Positions 44,231 to 54,104 of a DNA stretch of 64,000 nucleotides are shown here, piece after piece; position 1 is the first letter of the stretch, and each line of letters begins with the position of its first letter. Source of the DNA: Spirochaetia bacterium (GTDB taxonomy: Bacteria; Spirochaetota; Spirochaetia; DSM-16054; Sediminispirochaetaceae); NCBI GenBank assembly GCA_034520965.1, contig JAXHMY010000009.1:224557-288556 (forward strand), given 5' to 3'. A model generated the notes under the pieces. The model did not search any database. It was not told where the DNA came from and saw only the letters and a list, made by a program, of their open reading frames with translations. A program made the translations under genes and the position numbers.

Positions 44231-44406
44231 GAGACTTTCTATCTATATTGGACATATTAGTCATGTATAGTAGAGAATTTGAATATGAAAAGGGCCATTT
44301 CTTCATATAGTTCATATACGTTGCGACAAAGTGATGTGAATTTGATGTGAGTCTGAATCATTGGGAAGGGCCGCTGCTCTCTTCCAACTGAGCCCGAAGT
44401 CCCAAT
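44189..44406 (-). repeat. tRNA-half-bounded repeat copy B
   Basis: tRNA 3' half, ~130-nt core, then tRNA 5'-half-like GGGACTTCGGGCTCAGTTGGAAGAGAGCAGCGGCCCTTC. Confidence 0.8.
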
Positions 44407-44959
44407 AAAACTCTTTACAACAACATTGCGATCCCTTATTCTAATCAAAATGTCTGATTATGAAAAAATGGAATTGAGTCTAACGTTCGAAACATTTCCT
44501 CGGTGCCCATACTGTAATTATAGATTAGAAGAATCCCCAATAAGGCTATAAACTGCCCAAACTGTGCTAAACAGATTGAAAAGAAAGACTTTTCAAAGAA
44601 GGTGTATTTAAGTCTTAGAATTCCTGAAAGTATTTTTACAACTACCGCTTTTATCTAACCATCTCGTTGTGGGTTGTTCAGAGAAGATGCTAGTGGTGAG
44701 GTAAATTTAGTCCTCAAAGTAGTTCGAGATGTGTCGAAAGGGAATACAGAAATTTTTTTGAAAGAAGTAGTGGTATCAATGTGTATACAATGGTTAATAC
44801 GTTAAGTGAACTGATGTATTAGCTTGATGGATAATATCTTTATTTCTAAAAAATGTAATTGCAGCATTGATTCTAAGTTCAGTCTTGCCAAACGTAATAA
44901 TGATCGAAATGGCTTTGCTTATCGTTTTCGTCTTGAGACATCATACTTTTTGAGTATGC

Positions 44960-45116
44960 GCATTGTGACGTCGTGGGCCCGGCTATATTCCATCTGGATA
45001 CTGCGTCGCCGATCGGTCTCTTCGATCGCCTGCTCCATCGCCTTGGAGTGGCGGTCGGCGTACATAATCACCTTGCCGTGTTCATTCTGGGCCGCCCGGC
45101 CGATGATCTGGATCAG
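44960..45116 (-). pseudogene. uvrB: isolated internal fragment of uvrB
   Basis: hand translation [46 protein letters not shown]-rich patch in AT-rich DNA. Confidence 0.85.
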
Positions 45117-45721
45117 ATTTTATCGGTTAGTTTATTGTGAGAGACCTTCCATTTTATCTAAATTTAGTGTGTAGAAAAGTGTTTTATCTAAGTCAGGATT
45201 AATAGAGATTCTACAGAGTTCGTTTGCCGCTTATAGAGGCCGTATGCCGACAAATCAAAGACGTCGAGGAAATACGGCTCTACCAGATTTTTCAAGATTT
45301 CTCAGTCGGTACAGCCTTTGCAACACCGTTTTAGTGAAAACCAGGAATATTTTAGAAATATTCGTTCGGCATAGATTGTTCACTCAACGAATCGTTGACT
45401 GATGTCATTTTGAGACAACTCGAATTGATATCACCTTCCACGCCAAATCTAATGTAATCGGCAAGAAGTTGGTGTTCATCCAATACACTGCGTACGTTAT
45501 TTTGAAAATTCATAAGGATTTTAACCATCGGCCCCAAAAAAAAATTGCGGTATGCACAGTTTGTCCATGATAAAACAAGCCCCTTACTGCAATGGAGATG
45601 GATGTATTCTACAGTTGATTCGAATCTCCGACCTATAATTACTTCTTTCTCAGACAACCCACTACCAAATAAAAGTTTGCGAAAGCAGCCTTCTATATCT
45701 TAGAATTACAGCATGGAGGGC

Positions 45722-46270
45722 ATGATGAAACACGGATGCAAGAAACCAAGAGGGTGTCTGATGATTGAGCATCGTCTCATTGAGCGTGCGGTTGATTTGA
45801 TGCGGAAGGAGAAGGAGCGGCTCGCAGGTGGCGGAGAAATCGATCCGATTGCTATAGATACCCTTGCTGACTTCATTCAGGACCTATGCTGACCGCACCC
45901 ATCACGGTAAAGAGGAAGATATCCTCTTCGAGCACCTCGAGAAGCGGGACCTTTCTAAGAGTGAACGACAACTGATGGAAGAGTTGATTGAAGAGCACAA
46001 ACTGGGGAGGAAGCTTACGAAACAGCTCGTAGAGGCTGAAAAAAAGGGTAGTAGAGGCCAGTAATAGCCTGTCAGAAGTGATGGATGCGATGCAGCGATT
46101 GATCGACTTCTATCCAAAACACATAGAGAAGAAGATGATCATTTCTTTCCTGATACAGAGCGTCACTTTAGCTCGAAGGAGTCAGATGCGATGGTGGAAC
46201 GTTTACGCCTTTGATCGTGGGATAATCCATGAGAATATAAGGAGGTGGTACGACGAGTTTTACCTAATAT
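45722..46270 (+). pseudogene. hemerythrin-like domain protein, frameshifted
   Basis: LMIEHRLIER, YADRTHHGKEEDILF, EEHKLGR, YPKHIEK. Confidence 0.8.
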
Positions 46271-46443
46271 TGAGACAACGAAATCCGGGAGACACGCACC
46301 TTTGCTTTTCCGCTGCAGAGGGCCATCATTCCTGTTATGAGGATGCGAAAGGGCGATTTATGTGCCGGTCTCTCCAATTTTTGTAGTTTCAGACTTGCGC
46401 TCGAAGAATAATTTACTATCATTGAAATTATAGGAGGAAGAAA

Positions 46444-46869
46444 ATGCTTATTCGTAATGCCAAAGCTGCATGGAAAGATACAGTCTCAAAAGGAAAAGGT
46501 GCCGTTGAGCTCGGAAGCGGAGCCTTTAAGGGCTCGTACTCTTACGGTTCTCGATTCGAGGAAGAACAGGGAACCAATCCGGAAGAACTGATCGGGGCTG
46601 CTCATGCCGGTTGTTTTTCCATGGCCCTCTCTTTGGAGTTGGAAAACGCCGGATATACGCCGGTGTCAATCGCCACCCAAGCGAAAGTTCACTTGAATGC
46701 CAAAGAGCTTGAGATTTCCCAGATCGACCTGATAACGGAAGCGCAGGTGGAGGGCATCGAAGAGAGTGAGTTTCAGAAGATTGCTGAAGGCGCAAAAAGC
46801 GGTTGTCCCGTGAGTAAAGCGCTAGGCGGTGTGAATAACATCAATCTCACCGCCCGACTGCAGAAGTAG
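46444..46869 (+). CDS. osmC: OsmC peroxiredoxin
   Basis: SRFE..GTNPEELIGAAHAGCFSMAL, CPVSKAL; AGGAGG RBS. Confidence 0.93.
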   Translation: MLIRNAKAAWKDTVSKGKGAVELGSGAFKGSYSYGSRFEEEQGTNPEELIGAAHAGCFSMALSLELENAGYTPVSIATQAKVHLNAKELEISQIDLITEAQVEGIEESEFQKIAEGAKSGCPVSKALGGVNNINLTARLQK

Positions 46870-47038
46870 CGAGCCTGGTCTCAAAGAAAATCCGATCTGT
46901 TTGGGCCGATCATTCATCTGCTTGAGAAATTGAGGGATAACCTGAATTCATATAAAAACTTGGGGCTTGATATGAGTCGGCGATTCGTATCAAGCTTTAT
47001 AAACACTGAAACAGAATTCGCGGCCCATTCAGCTTTAT

Positions 47039-47085
47039 TACGTCCAGCAGAATTCGAACCTGCGACCTACGGCTTAGAAGGCCGC
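47039..47085 (-). tRNA. anticodon arm and 3' half of tRNA-Arg(TCT), fragment only
   Basis: minus strand GCGGC-CTTCTAA-GCCGT-AGGTC-GCAGG-TTCGAAT-TCTGC-TGGACGTA. Confidence 0.8.
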
Positions 47086-47249
47086 CTTTTTACCTATATT
47101 GGACATATTAGTCATGTATCAGTAGAATTTGAATATGAAAAGGGTCATTTCTTCATATAGTTCATATACTTCATGTCAAAGTGTTGTAACTTTGTTGTAA
47201 CTTCCTATTCAAGCAGTTGTCAGTTTCCAACTGAGCCGACAGTCCCAAT
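47039..47249 (-). repeat. tRNA-half-bounded repeat copy C
   Basis: core highly similar to copy B; ends in GGGACTGTCGGCTCAGTTGGAA. Confidence 0.8.
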
Positions 47250-47431
47250 TGAAAATACAATGCTGCACGCTTTCTCAGTTAAATTCACGCCTTTCCTCTC
47301 TTGAAGCAGATTCCCCTCTTTCATACTATCAGACCCGGGAAGGCAATTTTACCGATTTCGGTCTTGCGGTCCTCGATCACTTTTCCTATTATTTGGAGCG
47401 CGTGAGCTGATCGTCATCAAAGAGGGAGCAA

Positions 47432-48901
47432 GTGTTGCAAAACGATGAAAATATTTTCGAAGGTTTGGTAACGAATGAGCGTACCTACACAGAATTATTC
47501 CGGAACTTGTGTCGGTATAGGTTTTTTCGAGATGAGTTCGCACGGTTCGTGATAGAGGGTAGTAAGAAGGATGAAACACAAACTACACCGGCGTTATCCG
47601 GGTTCTCGTTCACTTTTCCTCAGATTGATACGCAGTGGTATGCTGAAGATTCAGGAACCTACCCCGACGTCGTGATCGATACGGACGATCTTCGACTCGT
47701 GATAGAGATGAAGACGAATACGTGGACCGGGTTTCAACCATCGCAACCCGAAACCTACCTCGAGGACTTGGCCCATCACAAGGCTGAGGTGAAAGGACTT
47801 CTTCTTCTCATGCCAAAGTATCACTCGCATGAACGTGCCATTACTGACAAAATCGACAAGTCACGGAATGACGCCGATGAGCAGCTGTTAATCCTTGTCC
47901 TTTATTGGGAAGATTTCATTCAAAGATTGATGGATGCGGGAGCACAAGAACTAAATTCGGTTTTCCGCGATTACATAGATCTATCAAATGAATGGTTTGC
48001 TAATGGGAGGATCATTCTGAGGCCTACCCAATGTTCGACGCTTCAACAATCGATGGGACAGGCTCTGTTCTCACTTCGGGCCTTGATAGAGGTGATCCAT
48101 GCACGGTTTTCGAGTTCCAGCAGTACAAAATTGAGTCGGATAAAGATGACCGACTACGACTTCGGTTTCTTCATCTCCGATGCCGACAAGACGATCGGAT
48201 ACTTTGGAGTTGCCAACTTCGCGTGGATCTATGGTCCATCACCGCTGTTGATAGGGGGCCATCCGCACTACGTGAAAACCAACAACACCGCCAATTTGAT
48301 CCCAGCTGAAGATGAGGATGGGCTGCACTACTGGGGAGTACCACGAAGCTTACTTGCCAGGCCGACGGCCCTCGACGAGATCGCGGAGCTTGTGGTAACG
48401 ACATTCAATGCAGATCAAAGAGGAAAAGGCGAAGTCGAGGATGACGTTCAGTTTAATGAAGCAGTTCTCACCACGCTATTTGACACGAAGGAAGGACCGT
48501 CTGCCTTTCAAAATCTTATCAGGACCGTCGATCAGACTAAGGTAGCTGCTACCGGAGCGGATCAAAACGTCACCATAGAAAATGCGGCTTCTCGATGGGA
48601 GCACTCGCTCTCTTTTTCCGTAGATGGGAGAGAGGTGGCCGGTATCGGGATCTTTTTCGGAGATTGGAAGAAGAAGGGCATGCCGCTATGGGTTGGCGTA
48701 CCCGAGCGTAGATTGAAGAGCCTACAGAAATCGTCGTGGAAAGGAACAGTGTCGGATTCCTATTATAGGGAACCGGAAAAGGGTGGTAAAAACCCATGGG
48801 TATACCGTGCTGTCGATCTCGAGCGGCTATCTGAACAAGATAATTTGGTTGAGTTCGTCCTGCGAATACTTGGAATGCTTGGTCTCAAAACGAATTTGTG
48901 A
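47432..48901 (+). CDS. PD-(D/E)XK nuclease-like protein
   Basis: NERTYTELF, PDVVI..LVIEMK, QPETY; C-terminal region unknown. Confidence 0.6.
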   Translation: MLQNDENIFEGLVTNERTYTELFRNLCRYRFFRDEFARFVIEGSKKDETQTTPALSGFSFTFPQIDTQWYAEDSGTYPDVVIDTDDLRLVIEMKTNTWTGFQPSQPETYLEDLAHHKAEVKGLLLLMPKYHSHERAITDKIDKSRNDADEQLLILVLYWEDFIQRLMDAGAQELNSVFRDYIDLSNEWFANGRIILRPTQCSTLQQSMGQALFSLRALIEVIHARFSSSSSTKLSRIKMTDYDFGFFISDADKTIGYFGVANFAWIYGPSPLLIGGHPHYVKTNNTANLIPAEDEDGLHYWGVPRSLLARPTALDEIAELVVTTFNADQRGKGEVEDDVQFNEAVLTTLFDTKEGPSAFQNLIRTVDQTKVAATGADQNVTIENAASRWEHSLSFSVDGREVAGIGIFFGDWKKKGMPLWVGVPERRLKSLQKSSWKGTVSDSYYREPEKGGKNPWVYRAVDLERLSEQDNLVEFVLRILGMLGLKTNL

Positions 48902-48917
48902 GTCTGAGCAAACTTGG

Positions 48918-49257
48918 TCAATCTCCATACTCAATAAGGCTACCTTCTGAATAGACATCGTTTCCTGTTCTCAGTATTAGCCGAAGTTTACCATTTACGG
49001 TATTCATAGTATTACTTTGATCAAATCTCCAATTCCTAATACTATTCAGTATTTCATTATCTACTTCTTCATTTCCGGAACCATCAATTACTTCGATAGA
49101 AGAGACTTTCCCGTCGGGATGAAGTATAAATGAGAACGTTGTAATTACTCTTGATCGTAACAATCTTGTTTGTTCTGTAGTTAATTCAGGCATAGGACTT
49201 TTTAATAATGTTCGAGAATCGTTACCTTCTATGGCTAATGACACTGATGAGTTTGTT
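48918..49257 (-). pseudogene. TonB C-terminal-like domain; 3' part of the gene interrupted by IS21
   Basis: FILHPDGKVSSIEVIDGSGNEEVDNEILNSIRNWRF; in frame with 51484-52225 after IS removal. Confidence 0.7.
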
Positions 49258-49318
49258 TGTCAACAGCGGTTTAAAAGTTCCGCTTTTCAACGGTGTAGCG
49301 GTTCCGCTTTTTAGAGTT

Positions 49319-50083
49319 TTACATAGGGTCAACGACCCCGATTTTCAGCCGGTCTTTCATACGGTATGAATCTCCTTTTAGGCTGAATACATGTGCATGA
49401 TGGAGAAGCCGATCGATGGTGGCTGTTGCAATAGCTTCCTCTGCCAGGACCTCCGCCCAACGACCAAAAGCCTTATTAGTAGTGAGAATCATACTGCCAT
49501 ATTCGTAACGGGCATTGACCACTTGGAAGAGAAGGTTCGCTTCTTCTTTCGAGAGATTCTCGTAACCGACTTCATCGATGAGGATCAGATGTGGTTTTCT
49601 TAGCCATGTCAGTCGGCGTTTCAAACGCCCCTGTTCACGTGCCCTTTTAAGTCCTTCGATCAAATCTATACAGCTGGTGTACCAGACAGTGAACTCGGTC
49701 ATGCACGCTTTGTACCCCAAGGCCAGCATGAGGTGGCTCTTGCCCAGGCCGCTGGGTCCCATGAGCACCACATTCTCTTTCCGCTCTATGAAGCTCAGTG
49801 AGGACAGTTCGGCAAGCTGACGGGCCGACAGGCCCCCTTTGAGCCAGGAGATATCAAAGTCCTCCAACCGCTTTACCGCAGGCATCCCCGAGAGCTTCAG
49901 GCGACTTCGAGCAGCCCTCTCTTTGCGGGGAAAGTATTCGAGCTCCAGCAGGTCTGCAAGGGACTGCAGAAGGGTTTTGTCACTATGGCTCTGCTCTTCG
50001 AGATAACTTTCCAGAGAGGCGGCCATGAACTGCAGACCCATCTCCTGCATACGGGTTCCTACCGTTTCGCTGAGTGCATTCAT
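49319..50083 (-). CDS. istB: IS21 helper ATPase
   Basis: GPSGLGKS, LIDEVGY, LTTNK..W, IDRLLHH, GDSYR. Confidence 0.95.
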   Translation of the reverse strand: MNALSETVGTRMQEMGLQFMAASLESYLEEQSHSDKTLLQSLADLLELEYFPRKERAARSRLKLSGMPAVKRLEDFDISWLKGGLSARQLAELSSLSFIERKENVVLMGPSGLGKSHLMLALGYKACMTEFTVWYTSCIDLIEGLKRAREQGRLKRRLTWLRKPHLILIDEVGYENLSKEEANLLFQVVNARYEYGSMILTTNKAFGRWAEVLAEEAIATATIDRLLHHAHVFSLKGDSYRMKDRLKIGVVDPM

Positions 50084-51359
50084 GAGGCCGCTCCTACCAG
50101 CTGATCGTAACAGGCGGGACTGCGTGTTTCCACCGATGTGGCTATTAGCTCATCAAGAATCTGCGGGTCCAAGTCACCTCCTGTGGTGCTTTTTTTACCG
50201 TAGGCCGTCGTTCGGCTTTCCAACGCTCTATGAGGCTTTCGGTATCCTCCTTGCGTATATTCATCTCCCGAGCCCCTTTGTCGAAAGGGTAAACTCACGC
50301 AGCAGCAGATTCTCCTGAGTGAATACCTGAGAACGGTAGTTGAGGGTATTTATTTTAGAGTAACCATTTGGCCGATATGCTCGGCAGGCACACTGTATTG
50401 GTTCGTCTGATAGGTCAACTTCCCCTCCCTGGAGACCACCAGGCCCACCCATCTCCCGTACATCGGGGGCAGCCTCCGGTACCCAGGTATTCATATAGGG
50501 CTTCTCCTCGGCAAACCTCTCGGCACGTGTGCTGCGAATACCGCCGATCTGCTGCGCATCTATCTTTTAAGCCAATCGGCGACTTCTCCGTTAAGCTCCT
50601 CGAGTGTCGTTCCAGCTCGATTCTCCACTCTCGGTAGAAAGTTATGCGCCAAATAGCCGATAAACCTCTCGACTTTGCCTTTCGTTTGAGGCCGGCGGAC
50701 CTTACACCTCAGAGGCGTAAACCCACAGGCCGAGGCCAATGAGAGAAGCCCAGGATTTACGATCCAACTGCCGCCCTGATTCAGCCAGGCGGTTTTCATG
50801 TTGTCGTAAGAGTATCTCTCTGGGCACAGCTCCAAACCAGGCAAAGGCCGCCAAATGTGCCAACAACACCGTCGAAAGCCTCATGTTGGTGGTAAACAGC
50901 ACGAAAGGCCGTCGACTGTAGCCCAACAGCATGACAAATGCATAGAGTTTCTGCATCCTCCCCTCGATAAGCCAGCTTCCACACTCTTCCAGTCGACCTG
51001 GGCTTGTCTGCCTGGCTCGGTTTCAAAGCGCAGCACCGCTTTGGTGATCACTTGCTCCCTGACCCCTCGGGCATAGTCCCGTAGATAGTCATCCCTCCCC
51101 CATACCTTTGACTTTTGAGCCGCTCATACAGCAGCACCAGGTTGGTGTAGGGATTCTCTTCGATCGTCTCATCGATTATTCGGTGAAACGGCTCGAGAAT
51201 GCTGCGACGCTTCTTTCGAGCTCTTGCTCCAAAGTCTTCTTTCAGGTACTTTCGTACCATACGGTCACTGACTCCGAGCTGTGCTGCGATGTCTTTCTGT
51301 CTGTGGCCTTCTCTGGCCAGGATGCGAGCTATATGCATCCGATCTTCCTTTCGACACAT
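50080..51359 (-). CDS. istA: IS21 transposase, multiple frameshifts
   Basis: N-terminal HTH, RFETEPGRQAQVDW, LGYSRR, YDNMKT, PQTKGKVER. Confidence 0.9.
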
Positions 51360-51483
51360 TTGGGCGGTTTCCTTTTGTGGTGTATTTTGGTCAATCCCAC
51401 TATAGGTTATCCGCCCTTATTTGTGTCGTAAAAGCGGAACTTTTAAACCGTCGATATCCGGAACTTTATCACCGTTGCTGACA

Positions 51484-52225
51484 CTTTGTTGTCTCAATCT
51501 TAACTGATGGTGTTTTTTCTAACGCTTTTGCCCAGTCTTTATAGCTCGTTTGAAATAGAAAGTCTTGAGTGAGAAAGGTATAGTTTGGATCGATGTAGTA
51601 GTTATCCTTCAACCATTTTTCATACGTCTCTATAAGACTTTTATCTGAAGTGAGTATATCTCTCAGTTCATTAGCATTACGGAGGTAGAAAGAATACTTT
51701 TCTGCTGGTTCCCATCCCATTGATAGGGTTTGATTGCTGAATTGAGAGAGGAATTGTTTTGTCTCTCGGAATTTGTAAAGGTAATATTTCTCAGGATATT
51801 TAAAAGTTAGATAGAGCGCTATCGCCCTGACATCTTTGTGGTAGTGCTGTTTTCTCTCGATCTCTTGTGGCTTCACCTGGTTCAAATAAGACAGAAACTC
51901 ATCACTTTTTTCGATAAAGATATTTATTCTCTCTTCTAAAGACTTATCCTCGTTAAAAAGATTACGAAACATACTTCGAACAGATTCTTGATCGAGTTCA
52001 ACAAGCTCAATTATCATCGTTTTGGGATAATATTGCTTAGAAGCCCATAGATTATCCGATTCAGCCTGAAGGCTCTTATCAAACATTTCCTTGAAGTCTT
52101 CAGCCTCTATATCCCAGTTATCTTGAAAGTTTTTTAGAGCCTCTAATTTGTACCTTTCGTCTGTGTTACCTTCAGCGAAGACTTTCTTACTCTTCGATAT
52201 ATGGTTTTAACTTTGACTCATTCAT
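51484..52225 (-). pseudogene. McrB-N-terminal-like domain gene (5' part), 2-nt deletion near start, cut by IS21
   Basis: ERYKLEALKNFQDNWDIEAEDFKEMF, MFRNLFNE, HYHKD, YLTFKYPEKYYLYK resemble N-terminal domains seen on McrB-like GTPases (recalled, not searched). Confidence 0.5.
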
Positions 52226-52274
52226 ACTACTATCTCCATCAGAATTTTATAATTTAGCGCTAATTCCAAGATCG

Positions 52275-53852
52275 TTATCTACCTATCGCTTCACGAGTTC
52301 TTCGTACAATAATTTCACCGTTTATAATTTTTTCTTTTGCTTTTTGTACCGCATCCCTAACATCATTAGGTACCATGTCGTCAAAATTGTGAAAAGGTGA
52401 GATACCCACAGCATCCTGCTGAAGACCGTAAACTTTGGTACCACCTTCGAAATTGCTATTAACCACAGACTGAACTAATAAATACACTGATTGTGAAATC
52501 TTCTTTTCAGCAGAAGTAAGTACGGTATCCGGGGCAACGTTATTTTGGTCGACATCAACACCGATTGCCAATACACCTTCCTCCTTCGCCGCCTGGATAG
52601 CACCAAGGCCTGACAGGCCAGCGATGTGGAAAATAATATCAGCACCCTTATCGATCATAGCAAGAGCAGCTTCTTTACCCTTTTCCCGGTCAACAAAAGT
52701 CCCAGCAGTTTTGGACAGAACCTTACAGTCTGGGTTTACGCTGTGTACCCCCTGAATAAATCCGACCTCGTAGTTTTCTACAGGAGGAATCAGCATACCA
52801 AGAACAACACCCACCACATTTTCATCGTTGATTTTATCGGTTTTATCTGCATGCTTCTTTGTCATCATACCGGCTACGACACCTGCCAAATATCCAGCCT
52901 GCTCTTCTTTATACAGCATTCCTTGAAAGTTTTTTGGATCATTTTCTCCAGCACCAATATCAATTCCAGCAAAATAGGTATACGGCATATTGCTGGCAAC
53001 CTCTTTTACAGCCGATTCCATCAGAAATCCGACTGCAAATACGATATCAGAACCGTCCTCCGCCAATCCAGTAAGGTTGGGAATGTAATCGGTTTGCTGC
53101 ATTGACTCAATAACCTTGATTCTAATTTCCTCGAGTTTTTCCTCAGCCATTAGCAGACCCTGATAGGCTCCGTCGTTGTAAGATTTATCACCTAAACCTC
53201 CAACATCGGTAGCCATAGATATAAACTTGCTTTTATTGTAAACCTCAGGAGTATACGAGGAAACATTTTCATAAGATTTATAGTTTTGCAAAATCTTACT
53301 CAGTCCTTCTATATTATATTGACTTTGCCTATAATAATTAGTCTCATTATATATTTTAATCACCAAATTGTTTGATTCGGTAATAGCGTTATAAAAGTAA
53401 AAAGGATTATCAGAATACTTAATTAAGTAATCATTTATGAGTTTCCATCTTGTTTTTATTCTTTCATTGTGTGAACCATATTCTACCTGTACAGTGTTAG
53501 TTTTATTTGCCAGATCTAAAGAGTTTTGTAATCTTATAAATACATTTGAATTAGAGAGATCATTATTTATAACCTCTATTATTAACTCTGAGGACTCATC
53601 CTCATTACTTTTAATGATAAGTAGCTTGCTTGAATTTTCTTTAATTTGTATGTTATCAAAACTCGTCTCTCTTTCGAATAACCAAGATCCATTATCTCTT
53701 ATTATTATTTTCTTCCCCGTACTTAACTCGAACATATCATCAGCAAATATCGTACAGGAAATAAAAACAGATAAAACAACTACAATAATAACTTTACTTT
53801 TTAGATTGACCATAAAAACTCCTAAAACAATAATTAACTTTTTTCGTGCCAC
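52275..53852 (-). CDS. chimeric exported protein: unknown AT-rich N-terminal domain plus BMP-family binding domain
   Basis: DVGGLGDKSYND, EEQAGYLAG, AGLSGLG, IGVDVDQ from about residue 210 onward. Confidence 0.8.
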   Translation of the reverse strand: MARKKLIIVLGVFMVNLKSKVIIVVVLSVFISCTIFADDMFELSTGKKIIIRDNGSWLFERETSFDNIQIKENSSKLLIIKSNEDESSELIIEVINNDLSNSNVFIRLQNSLDLANKTNTVQVEYGSHNERIKTRWKLINDYLIKYSDNPFYFYNAITESNNLVIKIYNETNYYRQSQYNIEGLSKILQNYKSYENVSSYTPEVYNKSKFISMATDVGGLGDKSYNDGAYQGLLMAEEKLEEIRIKVIESMQQTDYIPNLTGLAEDGSDIVFAVGFLMESAVKEVASNMPYTYFAGIDIGAGENDPKNFQGMLYKEEQAGYLAGVVAGMMTKKHADKTDKINDENVVGVVLGMLIPPVENYEVGFIQGVHSVNPDCKVLSKTAGTFVDREKGKEAALAMIDKGADIIFHIAGLSGLGAIQAAKEEGVLAIGVDVDQNNVAPDTVLTSAEKKISQSVYLLVQSVVNSNFEGGTKVYGLQQDAVGISPFHNFDDMVPNDVRDAVQKAKEKIINGEIIVRRTREAIGR

Positions 53853-53872
53853 ACTTATTGCCTATAATAAAT

Positions 53873-53901
53873 AGACTAAACCCATACAACTCAGTTGTCC
53901 A
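53873..53901 (-). promoter_or_regulatory. promoter TGGACA-N17-TAGTCT, copy 1
   Basis: boxes and 17-nt spacing conserved in copy 2 at 63962-63990 despite spacer changes. Confidence 0.65.
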
Positions 53902-53905
53902 TCCC

Positions 53906-53933
53906 AAAAGAGTACACCCGGGTGTACTCTTTT
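53906..53933. other. 28-bp perfect palindrome (11-6-11), candidate recombination site
   Basis: AAAAGAGTACA-CCCGGG-TGTACTCTTTT; right arm recurs at 57926-57936. Confidence 0.7.
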
Positions 53934-54074
53934 ATAGCCTCCTACTTATATCGCTCATCAGTATTACCTTCCGCGAAGACTTTCTTATACTCTTCGATAT
54001 ATGGCTTATAGCTTGGACTCATTCATACTACTTTCTCCTCATTATGAGGATAAGGCATGATCTGAGAGTTGTCT
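53923..54074 (-). repeat. copied gene-start module, copy 2
   Basis: homologous to 52135-52237 and 57926-58081; RBS then broken MNESKL.. reading frame. Confidence 0.85.
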
Positions 54075-54104
54075 ATGTTATATCGGAATCGTAGCCTATC
54101 GATA

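Larger units (their letters stand above)
49258..51483 (-). mobile_element. IS21-family element
   Basis: TGTCAACAGCGGT.. / ..ACCGTTGCTGACA ends, internal repeated GTTCCGCTTTT motifs, flanks GTTTGTT/CTTTGTT (6/7 target duplication). Confidence 0.9.

Noticed and set aside
44824..45657. ORFs 44824-45174 (+) and 45352-45657 (-)
   Set aside because: The first is antisense to the uvrB fragment; the second has no recognisable motif or clear start.
44189..47085. Intact tRNA-Arg genes
   Set aside because: Only 3' halves are contiguous, and the 5'-half-like pieces do not pair with the 3' acceptor strands.
43399..47249. CRISPR array interpretation of the three repeats
   Set aside because: Units are 140-220 bp with spacing of 0.8-2.9 kb containing whole genes, and no cas genes are present.
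44152..54049. Identical 16-mer CTCCTCATTATGAGGA at the hicB terminator (~44152) and in module copy 2 (~54034)
   Set aside because: Short self-complementary match not shared by module copy 3, and the flanks are unrelated; probably coincidence.
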